Source: Vicugna vicugna
Taxonomy: Eukaryota
Reading direction: 5' to 3'
DNA: 64,000 bases
Assembly: GCA_013265495.1 (NCBI GenBank)
Contig: MU058636.1
Location: forward strand, 6,049,741 to 6,113,740
A program made the translations under genes and the position numbers. Below the pieces are notes generated by a model. The model ran no database searches. It was not told the origin of the DNA and saw nothing but the letters and a program-made list of their open reading frames with translations. How positions within the stretch are numbered: the stretch's first letter is position 1; the number at the start of each line of letters is the position of its first letter. Shown here in pieces: positions 13,251 through 24,217 of the stretch.

Positions 13251-15519
13251 ATTCATTCAAAGCCCTCAAGCCAAACTGACATTCCCGATGCATTCACTGT
13301 ACCTTTCTATCTCCTTCCCTGGGTTCTGGCTTTTTCCCATCCCCACACCAGCAACCAGGAATAATCTGTCAACAAATAAAGGAAAAAATTATAATATTTA
13401 TCAAGTTGGAAAATTAACAACAATGTTGTCTCGGTTGTTATTGTTTTTGTCTTAATACATACAAGACACAGGAGAAGCAAAAGTTCAAATGTCTGTTTTG
13501 GCAATTTAAGTATATACTTAATCTATTTTACATAAAAGACAGTTAAGTTATCAATCAGTGGACAATAAAGAACAAGTTGTTGTTTCTCCAAAAGAGGAGA
13601 GAGGTCAGGACTGGTCATCATTGCTGGATGACCACAGGGGTGGAGAGCGTCTTGGCTGAGCACTGACCACTGGGGGTGCCAGGTGAAAGGAGGATGAGTG
13701 ATGTTGTGGGTGAGAGTGAGGGCAGTGAGCTGAGTCTGTCTGACAGTGGTTTGTGTTTGAGTTGAGTAAAATAAGATCATATTACAGAAAGCTGTGACTA
13801 CTGCCTTTTTCAGATTTTGACTTGATCACACAGTAAGAAGAAAAGCTATTGAAGTGTGTGGACTGAAACTGACAGATACGCTTCCAAGTGCCATGCTAAT
13901 CCTCACCAGCAGGTCATGGAGCCAGATTTGTTCACAGAGTCATGGTTGCATTCATTTTTATTTTTTAGAAAAACTCACCAATATTACTTAGAAAATTTAA
14001 CTTGGAACTAGTGAAACTCAGGCTGGGCCCAACTTTAGTTTTAATGAACCAGAATCCGGGAAATACTGTGTAAAATAAGCCATCAATTCAACTGTAGCCA
14101 CTTGTGCTTTTTCATATGAAAGTATTTGCATCTAGATTTAATTCTAAATTCCTGATTGCCCTAATTTGTTGTTGTAAAATATTTTAGTAATACATATAGA
14201 AATACACAAACACACAGTTACAAGTTTAAGTGACTGCTGAAGAAGGCTACAGTGTAAGATAATCAGTCTCTTAAAATTTAAGTATTTGAACCATATCAAC
14301 CCATATTTATATTGTACTTGCTTACCAATTAGTCTACATTGGGTTTAAAGTAATCCTCTTTTATTGGATAAAATCTGTCTCCTACATATTTTTATTCTAT
14401 TTGACATAAACTTTTAGATAAAGGAAGATGTTTTTGCAATGAATATGTCTCTGAAATTATTTAATTTTAGAAGAGTGTTAATCTGTTTCTTTCCTGTCTG
14501 GTTATTTTTGCCTAGTGGAGAAAAAACAGGTTGATTTTGATAACATTTTTAAAAAATGACATTTGGAAATTAGCAAAGATTTTCTTCCAAGTCCATTATT
14601 AACTTGTTTTTCTTATAACTGTGTTTCTAATAATTGGTCTAATAAAGTATGTTGCATATTTTTATCTCTTAAATATATAAATATACTATGCCTTTAGATG
14701 TACAAATTTACTTATTTTTCTCTTCACCTTCTCTAATTTGATACCTTGCCATCAAAATACCTTTAACATTCTTCTTAAGCATCATATACATCCAATATAT
14801 CCATACTGAGTACTGTTCTAAAGAAAGAGAGGTAAATTTTGTATTTATATACAATACAATGTGCCTGTATCTTTGCTTTAATTTAAGTGACAGAGAGCTT
14901 TGAATTACTTTTTTAAAATGGCAAACTTGGATAGCCATTTTTTTAGTAGAGCTCTGTATTATGTTGTTCTCATTTTTGAATAGAATTTCTGTTGAGCTGA
15001 ATTTTACAGCATTAATTACCAACTTGCCTGAGTTGGATTCATTACCAAAAAAAAAAACCAAAAAAGCTTTAAGTACATGTCTGACAAGCTATGTACATTA
15101 ATCTTGGGCTCTACTTCTCTTAAACCACTGGTATAGGTGGGAAACCTCTGAACATTGATTGCCCCTTGGGGTTTGGGTTTGATGGGAGGCAGGAATAGTT
15201 TCCTGCAAATGCAGACAGTCAATCAGCTTTTATAACTGCTCTTCAATTAAAATAAAAATAGAATTCTCTGGGGAGAAATCTAACCAGAAAGATCACTGCA
15301 CTGTAAATAGGCCAGTCAATTTGATAGAAAAAAGCCTCCAGCACCTAGCACTCATTCCCATATATATTGATTTATTCGTTCAACCAATAGTTACTGAGTG
15401 CATATGCCGTCCAAGGCACATTGTGTCCACCAGTTACACTTTACACACACAGTGATACGCAGCAGTTTTGCCAACCCGGCAAGTCAAACGAGGACTAGAG
15501 GCGGTACTACTGCTATTGC

Positions 15520-16435
15520 TGTTACTGGTAGTGAGACCCCTAAGGTAGGAGGCCCTTCAAAGTGTGGGTCCTGGCCTGCCTGCTGGGAAGAACTCGCAGC
15601 TGAGACAGAGGGACAAAGTGAAAACTGCTTTGTTTTTTTCTCCAAAGAGTAAAAGGAAGGAAAGTGCTCTAGCGGGGAGAAGGAAAGAAAAGCCAGGAAA
15701 GGAAGCACTCGAGAGGAGAACCGTAAACCTAGCTGGCTGGTAGAGACAGCTCCACCGGGGTTCGGCCACGTGGACTTTCATGAGGGGCTTCTGCCATCAC
15801 GTCCTCCTTCTGGGTGTAATGGAGTCAGTCAGTTCTTGTTCAAGTTTTCAGTCCTGGTTTGGGTTTTTCCAGTTGTTGTCATAGCAATTATCAAGCGTCG
15901 TGGTGCTGGTGGGTGCGTCATTTAGCACACTAATATATTACAGTGAACGATGTACAATGAGGCTTAAGGTCCAATGAAAGTCAAACCCACCATCATCTTG
16001 GACTCTGTGGGTTCTAACCAGTTTTTGTTTCTTCTCTGCAGCTGTCTCTTGAGACTTAGATATCTGAGAGTAATTGGTTTCTATTTGAGGGAGGGGCTGG
16101 GGTGTGATCCTGAGGGCAACAGCCTTGGGAACAAAAAAAGAAAGTTGCTGTTAATCAGAATGCCTGCAATTTGGTGGACCATGTGTCCCCCCAGAAAAGC
16201 CAACTTCAAAGATTCTATTCAGCAATGAAAGTTTTATAGGGAAATGAAGGAATAATCTCAGTTAATCGGTGAGATCGGTGGCCAGAGTCCTTGCCATCCT
16301 CAATGCCTGCAGGCTTGTCTTCATCAACTGCTGGAGCTTGCTCTTCTTACATGACTCACAGAGCCTGGGAGACTTCAGCTTTTCTATAAACAAGAGGCAG
16401 GGGTTGGGGGGCCCACAGGGTCCTGCTCCCTTTCA
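15520..16435 (-). mobile_element. ERV1-class solo LTR (about 916 bp)
   Basis: TG...CA termini; minus strand starts tgaaagggagcaggaccctgtgggcc; 4-bp flanks ttgc/ttac (3/4 TSD). Confidence 0.75.
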
Positions 16436-16949
16436 TTACCAGCAATAACCACCAGTGACTGTGCATCTCTGATATATCAGGCGTTACTCTAGGATCCTCA
16501 TTGTCAAGATTGCTTTCAGCAATTTGACAAGAGAAAGACTGTAATGTCTAAGATATTGAGACAGTTTATGTGTATCATGAAGTCATCAGATGTGTGGAAT
16601 ATTAAACAAAAATTGGTAAAAGCTTTCATTTCCTTTTTAGAGAGAAGACATCACTGGCAAAGTAATCATAAACAGAGAGAGAAGCTGAAGAAAATCTAAG
16701 GTGAGAGTTTCCTTATTTCTAAAATCCAAAGAAAATGAAAGTAGAGCAAAAATCAGGGTTATATCAGTAGTTAACTTTCTGTCTTTTACCTTCAAGCCAG
16801 ATTCATTGTTAGTGGGGAGGAGGCAAGTGGGAAATGAGACGAAAGAGAAAAAATGTGACGTTGGCTCTGACCTGCTCCTCTCTGACTTAATTTATGTTTT
16901 CTTTTTTTTTTTCTTTTTAGTTTTAAGTATTATTTATTGACATCCAACA

Positions 16950-17760
16950 AGGACTTAATATTCTTTCTCCACCAACCCACACCTATGCTCTTTCCTTTAC
17001 CTCAGCCTCTTCATAGTCACAGCACATTTATGCTATGTATTTAGTATTTACATCGTTATGACTGGATATTGCTTAGAGGAAAGTCATGTGAAGTATTACA
17101 ATAACATTCATTTCTAGTAATTTAACAATTTTCTTTATAGTCGTTGTAGTTGTTTCTTTTGCTGAGTTTTCTGTGAGCCTGTCACTGAATTGTTCCCAAA
17201 GTCTTTGCTAGTGGTAAAACCATTCTACAATATATTTACAAACCATGTAAACTGGTTCTACCCCTACCCACCCTGGATGCTTCTAGAAATTTCTATACGT
17301 GTCCAGTGCTCTGAAATTTCATACCAATATGACTTAGTATAAGGTATTTTTCCAGCCGTTGTGTCAAGCACTTGGTAGGTTCATTAATTCAGAGAGTCAC
17401 TTCCTGCATTTTGAATATTTTGTTTTTATTATTTGTATTAATTTGATAATTGTCCTCTTGTATTTTCTCTCTGTTATTATTTTGGAATTTTTTTTATTTT
17501 TATGTTGTTCTGACTCTACTGATCCTCTATTTTTTATTTATCTCCTGTTTTTCATCACTTTATCTTTTTATTGGTTTCTTGGAAATTATATTCCAATATA
17601 TTTATAGGGTTTTCTGTTTCTGCTACCATAATTTTTAATGTCTTAGAGTTAATTTTTGCTCTCTGAATTTTCCTTTTGTGGATTTTTATATAAATAGTGT
17701 ATCTGTAGGAGCCCAATACTGATAACTTTTGAAGTATTATTTTGCTCTCTGTGTTCTCTA
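16950..17760 (-). mobile_element. Old L1 fragment(s), T-rich
   Basis: gtgctctgaaatttcataccaatatgacttagtataaggtattttt and extreme T-richness typical of reverse L1M; explains the hydrophobic ORFs here. Confidence 0.55.
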
Positions 17761-17829
17761 GGGAAAAATATAAAATAACTAGGAAAGTATAGACCTTTTC
17801 AAATAGTAGTTGCCTTGGCTAGACCCTAA

Positions 17830-18066
17830 GCCTCTAGCCCCATACTTTATTTCTTCAAAGTACATTAGACTTCTTAACACTGCATTTGGTATTTATTTAT
17901 TGCTTTCTTATTATCTAAAACTCTTACTGAAACGCACTTTCCTTGAGGGTAGAAAGCTTTCACTGTCTTATTCACTTTTGTACTTCAGTGCCAAGAAAAC
18001 AGTGACTAAACACATGATAGGTGAGCAATAAATCTTTATTGGATCAATACATAATTGAATAAGTGA
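17830..18066 (+). mobile_element. L2 3' end
   Basis: cttgagggtagaaag...cagtgccaagaaaacagtgactaaacacatgataggtgagcaataaat. Confidence 0.75.
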
Positions 18067-18862
18067 AGAAAACCATAAAGTTTTATTTGAGAACGTAACA
18101 CAAGACTTGAATCAATGAGAAGGCAGATTATGTTCTTATTCGGGAACACTGACACAGTTTAAGATCATTTTCTCTACTACATTTAAAGAAGATAGGAATT
18201 TTCAAAAGTAGAATGTGGAGATCATTTTTAGGCTGTCGTAGTCATCTCATAAGGTGTAAAGATCACCTGAACAAAAGTAGTAGTAGAGCTGTGGAGTGAA
18301 AAGGTCAGGCAAAGGTCTATTTTAGCAAGAATATTCAGCAAGATTTGCTGTGTTGTATTGCAGAGCATACATCCACACTTTTATTCTATTTAAAAAAGTC
18401 ATTTACGTGCTTCCCTAATGGAGGATATCTAGGTTGCCTCCAACTCCGTACCTCTGTAAGCAGTGCTATGTGGAGAACCTTTAGGTGCGCCCCCTTGTGG
18501 GCATGGGGGATATTTTCTCTGAGGCGGTAATACTGAGATACGAGATATATCTGAATTTTTTTCTGAATGATTAAAACTATTTATACTTCTACCAACAATC
18601 CATTTAGGTTTGCGTCAGCTTATTCATATCCTTTTTGCATGTTTCTATTTGATTACCTATGTTTTCATTCCTGAATTCAATAGAAATGATGGGATCTTGG
18701 ACGGTAGGAGCCAAGTTAGAATACTTACCCACTGAAAATAAGGTGGGCTTGTTACCACAATGTGTGACAGAACAAAAGCAGTCACTGCAGTGGTCTTACT
18801 CACAGAGGTCGTCAACATTAACTAATTGTTTATGGCATTTCTAGGCTGGAATAGTTGGGCAG

Positions 18863-19320
18863 TGTATTAGTTTCTTAAGGCTGCTGTAATAAAACACCAC
18901 AATGGTAGATGGCTTTAAACACAGAAACGTATTCCCTCACAGTCCTGGAGTTTAGAAGTCTGAAATGAAGGTGTTGGCAGCACCATGTTCTCTCTGACGG
19001 CTTGAGGGGAGAATCTGTTCTGTGCCTTTCTCTTAGCTTCTGTTGTTTCTGGCAATCTGGCATCCCTTGGCTTGTTGATCTGCCTGCATCATTACATGGA
19101 GCTTTCCCTGTGTGACTGGGTCTCTGTGTCTCTTCTTTGCTTCTTATGAGGATGTCAGTCACATTAGATTAAGGACCTATCCTTCTCCAATATGACTGCA
19201 TCTTAACATAAATCTTAATTATGTCTGCAACAGCCTTACTTCCAAAAAATTCACATTCATAGACATTGGAGGTTAGGACTTCAACATACATTTTTGTGGG
19301 ATACCACTCAATGTGCTACA
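18863..19320 (-). mobile_element. MLT1C-type MaLR solo LTR inserted in ERV-L gag
   Basis: tgtattagtttcttaaggctgctgtaataaaacaccac...ggttaggacttcaacatacatttt...ctaca; ERV-L sequence continues on both sides. Confidence 0.88.
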
Positions 19321-20352
19321 GATTGTTAATTAAAGTCTTACTTGATTTATATAAGCAAAAAGCGCCAAGTCCAGTGTACAGGAGCCTGACTGGAATCACC
19401 AAAAAGAATTGTGGTTTTTCAGTTAATTCCAAGACGTGAGCCAGTTAACAAGTCTAGAACTCCTTAGGTGAAGAAGAGGCCAAGTCCTCTAGAGGAGGGA
19501 CCCTTCTACATAGCCAAATATTGATGCTGCCTCCCAACTGTCTCCAGAGGACCTTGTGGGCGTTTGCCAGAGTGGTTATGCATTGAGGAAGGGAAAATAA
19601 TCACACTCCTCATGAATTACTAAATACTGACTCAGAGCTGACACCGGTTCCTAGAGCTTCGTAAGCCACAAGTAGGGGGTTCTGAATACCAGGTGATCAA
19701 TGGGATTTTGGCTCAGGTTTGTCTCACAGGGGGCCCACTGAACATCCTGTGGTTATTCCCCAATTTCGGAATGTGTAGGTGGAACCGACATGCTCAGCAA
19801 CTGGCAGAATCTCCACGTGGTTTCCGTGACCTGAGGAGAGTGAGCTCCATGATAAGAAAGTGAAACCATTCTAATTACTGATCTTCCAAAATAGTGAATC
19901 AAAAACAATACTTCATTCCTGGAAGACTGCAGAGATGAGGCCACCATCAAGGACTTGAAAGATGCAGGGGTGGCGACTCCTGCCACATCCCTGTACAACT
20001 CATTATTTGTCCCATGTAGAAGACAGATAGAGTTAGGAAAGTTACTGTGACTTATCATGAGCCTTATCATGTATAGACTCCAACTGTAGCTGCTGTTACA
20101 AATATGCTCAGCTTTCCAGCCCTGTGTCGTAGCCTGTCTGCAGGGACCTCCATCCTCTCTCCATTCCATAGGACCTCACACTAGTCCATTGTGCTGAGGA
20201 TATCATGTTGATTAGACGTGGTGAGCAGAAAGTAACAAGGATACTGGATGCCTTCGTAAGACACTTGCATGCCTGAAGGTGTAAAATAAATCCCAGAAAA
20301 ATTCAGAAATCTGCCACCTCAGAGACATTATTAGTGTTCTGGTGGTCTACGA

Positions 20353-20548
20353 CAGGGTCCCACACTATGACCCACTGGCCAAATCTGGACTGTGGTCTGT
20401 TTTTATATGGCCTGTGAGCTAAGAGTAGTTTTTATATTTTTAAATGATTATTAAAAAGCAAAGAATATGTAGCAGAAACTGTATGTGGTCCACAAAGCCT
20501 AAAATACCTACTATCTAACCTCTTATAGAAAAAGCCTACTGACTTCTT
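20353..20548 (+). mobile_element. MER58 (MER58C-like) hAT-Charlie MITE inserted in ERV-L pol
   Basis: ggccaaatctggactg...gagctaagagtagtttttatattttt...ccacaaagcctaaaatacctactatct; 8-bp flanks gtctacga/gtctaggt. Confidence 0.85.
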
Positions 20549-21139
20549 GTCTAGGTCATGTTGAAATATAGTTCCAAGGTGGAGACCAAGTTGCTGTATT
20601 TGGGTTCTCCTATTAGTAAGAAGGAGGCACAAACCCTAGTGGGTCTCTTTGGATCTTAAGGGCAATATCTACCGCATTTGAATATACAGCTCTCATCCAT
20701 TTACAGAGTATCTAGAACAACTTCCATTCTTAACTTGGCCCAGGAAAGAGTGGGCTCTGTAAAAGGTCCAGTCTGCTGTGTAGGTTTCTCTGTCACTCTG
20801 CCCGTATGTCTCAGTAGATTCCATGATGCCTATAGTGTCTGTGGCAGACAGAGATGCTCTTTCAAACTTTGGCAGGTCCTAATAGGAGAATTACAGTGCA
20901 GATCTGTAGGATTTTGGAGCAAAGCTGTGTCATTCTCTGCAGATAGCTACTCTTTTGAGAAATAGGTATCTGATTTGTTATTAGCCTGAATGCTTGACCA
21001 TGGACTACCAAGCTTCCCATGTGACCTGATCCGCCCATCCTGAATGGATATTCTCTGACTCACCAAGTCATGAAGTTTTACACATGCACAGCAATCCTCA
21101 GTTATCAAATGAAAGTGATATATAGATATAGATATATTT

Positions 21140-21510
21140 TATACTGAATGGAATTAGTATTCAGGCACAAAAAGTAATGGGGTACTGATGCATGCTACAA
21201 CATGGATGAATCTTGAAAACATCATGCTAAGTGAAAGAAACTAGACATGCAAAACCCCTTCCTGTTATGTGACTCCATTTATATGAAACGCCCAGAAAAG
21301 GCACATCTAGGTGTTTAGCTAGGGCTGAGACTTAGAGGTCAGTGGGAGTGACTGCTGGTAGGTACATGGTTTCTTTTGGGGATGATGAATATACTCTAAA
21401 ATTGATTGTGGTGGTTGTCCTACAGCTGTGTGAATATACTAGAAACCACTGAGTTGTACACTCTAAATGGTTGAATTGTACAGCGTGTGAATTATGTCCC
21501 AATAAAGCTG
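21140..21510 (+). mobile_element. L1MB-type 3' end
   Basis: tactgatgcatgctacaacatggatgaatcttgaaaacatcatgctaagtgaaagaa...gtgaattatgtcccaataaagctg. Confidence 0.9.
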
Positions 21511-22223
21511 ATTCCCCACAGCCCTCAGAAAGAAAGCCAATGGAAAACTGTAACACTTCAGTTGAGACAGGACTGTTAATAGCTCAGGCCCTTTAAAATA
21601 GAAAGTTTTGATCTCTTTATCAGGCAAGGAACTATGACTAGCTAATGAGCTTACTTTATGGCAAAAAATAAAAATAAAAACACGTTATTTTATTTTGTTG
21701 CTCAAATTGTTCCAGCTTTGGCCACTGTAATTTTTCTGTGCCTCCGTCTTTTGTTTTTTGAGCACTGCCTCACTTTCTGGTGCTAGAAGATGCTTAGGCT
21801 TTTCTTGTATTTTCAGCGCCATTTTCATTTGATCTAATTGCTGATATAATTGGGTTTACACCTATTATATTGATATTTGCTTTCCATTTTCTCATTTGTT
21901 TTGTGCCATTTATTCTCCCTTTCTTGCTTGCTTTTGGATTTAACAAGTATTTTTTATTATTCCATTTTCTCCTCTATTACCTCTTCAGTTGTATCATCTG
22001 TTGTTATGATTTTATTGGTTGCACTTGAAATTATAATACATATCTTTGATTCATTATAGTCTACTTTAGATTAGTGTTTTACCATTTCTCAAACAATAAA
22101 AGCAGCTTACAGGAATTCAAGTTCTATTACTGGCTCCCTCCCATGTGCTATTTTTGTTATACAGTCTACTTTTGCATATAAACCCCACAAAATACTATTA
22201 TTGCTGTTGTTTTAAAGAGTCAA

Positions 22224-22362
22224 GGAGGGTGGGGAGTATAGCTAAGTAGTAGAGTGTGTGCTTGGCACACAGGAGGTCCTGGGTTCAATCCTCTTTATCT
22301 CCGTTTAGGGAGAAAAAAAAAAAAGAATAACATCTCCCGAAGAGGGGAACATGCTGAAAGAG
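22224..22362 (+). mobile_element. tRNA-derived SINE (camelid Vic-1-like) with atypical 3' extension
   Basis: ggggagtatagctaagtagtagag (A box)...gaggtcctgggttcaatcc (B box); A run; perfect 11-bp TSD taaagagtcaa at 22213-22223 and 22363-22373. Confidence 0.88.
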
Positions 22363-22748
22363 TAAAGAGTCAATATTTATTTTTATTTGCCCACATATTT
22401 ATCATTTCAGTGCACTTCCTTCCTTCTTACAGCCCCATGTTTCTATCTGGCCACATATTTCTTCACCCTGAAAATTTCTCTTCATTATTTTTTGTGTGTA
22501 TACCTCCTGGCAACAGATTCTTTGAGGTTTTTTTTTGTTGTTGGTTAGTTTGTTTATAGGTTTGAAAACATCTTTATTTTGGCTTCAGTTGTGAAGGATG
22601 CATTTGCTTAGTATAAAACTGTAGGTGGACAGGGTTTTAAAATTTCAGTGTTATAAAGATGTCATCCTACTGTTTTCTGACTTCCATGGATTTTTTTGTG
22701 TACTTTCCTTCTCTCAAGGATTATGTCTGGAGAGTTTTATTTCTGACA

Positions 22749-22800
22749 AGCTGTTACAGTTTTTTGCATAGGACAGCTGTTATAGTTTTTTGCATAGGAT
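22749..22800. repeat. Tandem duplication, 2 x 26 bp
   Basis: agctgttacagttttttgcataggac / agctgttatagttttttgcataggat (2 mismatches). Confidence 0.9.
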
Positions 22801-23766
22801 CCCAACTTCTCCGTGATAACCAGAGCTGGAACTCATCTCTTCTTGAGTTTTTCATTGGCCATGACGTAAACCATTTCTTTACTAGAATGTATCTGTCTTG
22901 TTCTTGAACTTAAAAAGGAACGTGTATAAAATGCTTCCTTCAAGTATGATTAATAAGTGCTCTCTAGCAAGTTGGAGCTGTTTCCTTCTATTCTTGTCTA
23001 TCAGAATTATTTTTTAATCATAAATAGAAGTTAAAAACTATCAGTCACCTTTCCTGAATCTGTAGAGATGGTACCATAAGTGAGTTTCCTCTTTTATTTC
23101 ATTATTGTAGTAAATTTCATTGATTGATTTTCAGGAGTTCAACAATGTTTGCATTTCTCAGGTTAGCCATGCTAATAAATCCGCTTTATCATAACATATT
23201 CTTTTTCAGAGCTTAATTGTTGCTTTATATTTACCCGGTGTATCTGTTTTTCTATTATTTATTTTTATAATTCCTGTGTCTTTTGTTTATATATGTCTCT
23301 GGCAAACAACATATTACTGGATTTTTTAAAGTCCAATCTGGATAACTGTTAATCCTGTACTATGAACATTGGGAGAATATATTTTTGTTTCCAGAATTCT
23401 TGGAAAGCAAGGGGACTCCACTTCTCCCAGTGAGGTCAGTAGGACCTGATGACCTGAGGTCTCAGCAAAGTAAGAACCTTCATTCTGAGCCTTCCTGAGG
23501 CGCTGCCTGCGAGGCGGCACTCCACAGTTTCTTTCCCTGGAGATACAGGGAGAAGTTGTTGCTCAGACCCACTTTTCTTTTTCATAGAGAAACTGCTCAT
23601 ACATCAGAGGACAGTTGGGAAGCAAAAATTTAGGTTACTGTTTACCCAGAGTCCCCTAGAAAACTTTGTAAATTCATATTACCTCCTAAATACAAAAACA
23701 ATACTTGTTTATTTTATGAAATTTGGAGAACATCGCATATACAAAGAAGGAATTAAGAATACTTAC

Positions 23767-23900
23767 GGTGGACAGGGAAGAGTTCAGTGGCAGAGCACAT
23801 GCTTAGAATACATGAGGTCCTGTTCAGTCCTCTGTACCTCCATTAAAATAAGTGAACAAATACCTAATTACCCACCTCCCCCCCAAAAAATTTAAAAACA
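23767..23900 (+). mobile_element. tRNA-derived SINE (camelid Vic-1-like)
   Basis: gttcagtggcagagcacatgcttagaatacatgaggtcc...tacctccattaaaataa...cctaattacc plus C run and A tail; perfect 12-bp TSD aagaatacttac at 23755-23766 and 23901-23912. Confidence 0.9.
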
Positions 23901-23939
23901 AAGAATACTTACAATCCAGAGATAATCAGTGTGTGTCAC

Positions 23940-24217
23940 CTCACTTGGGGACGTGGTATCTTTTTTTAACCTGAAGGCGGTCAAGGGAGTATTTTAGGTG
24001 ACAACCAAAATTCATCTTCCTTTCTGCCTGAGTTTTGAAGGGCTGTATTTGGCCAATCAGTCTACCAGGAATAGCAACCAAGTTCATGCAGGTCCAAGCA
24101 ATGAACATCACATCAGCATTACTGCCTGGCCACGGTGATACCTTCCATGATAAGACACATCCCAATTTTGGAGATGTTAAAATGTGAAAGAGCACGTTAC
24201 AGTTGATGAGATACAGT
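23940..24217. mobile_element. TcMar-Tc2 (Kanga/MER104-like) DNA transposon end
   Basis: ataagacacatcccaattttggagatgttaaaatgtgaaa...gttgatgagatacagt resembles the Tc2 terminus. Confidence 0.55.

Larger units (their letters stand above)
18670..21665 (+). mobile_element. Fossil ERV-L internal region (gag end, protease, RT, RNase H, integrase tail); inactive and interrupted
   Basis: Piecewise translations resemble HERV-L/MuERV-L Pol: LLNTDSELTPVP (protease LLDTGSELTLIP), VINGILAQVCLTGGP, KIVNQKQYFIPG, ATIKDLKDAGV, LVHCAEDIMLI (YIDD box), KKEAQTLVGLFG, LWQVLIGELQCRSVGFWSKAV; many stops and frameshifts. Confidence 0.92.
21820..23380 (-). mobile_element. Old L1 fragments (host of the first SINE)
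   Basis: T-rich reverse L1M motifs such as gaaaacatctttattttggcttcagttgtgaaggat, aaatttcattgattgattttc, ttttttaaagtccaatctggata. Confidence 0.6.

Noticed and set aside
17359..17638. Apparent membrane-protein ORFs
   Set aside because: Hydrophobicity comes from T-rich reverse L1 sequence
19753..20169. 138-aa minus-strand ORF
   Set aside because: Antisense shadow of the decayed ERV-L pol
20678..20965. 95-aa ORF with retroviral RNase H-region similarity
   Set aside because: Only the C-terminal part is in the pol frame; surrounded by stops and frameshifts, so it is a fossil rather than a gene
22224..22300. tRNA gene
   Set aside because: A and B boxes belong to a SINE with an A tail and TSD; no intact cloverleaf
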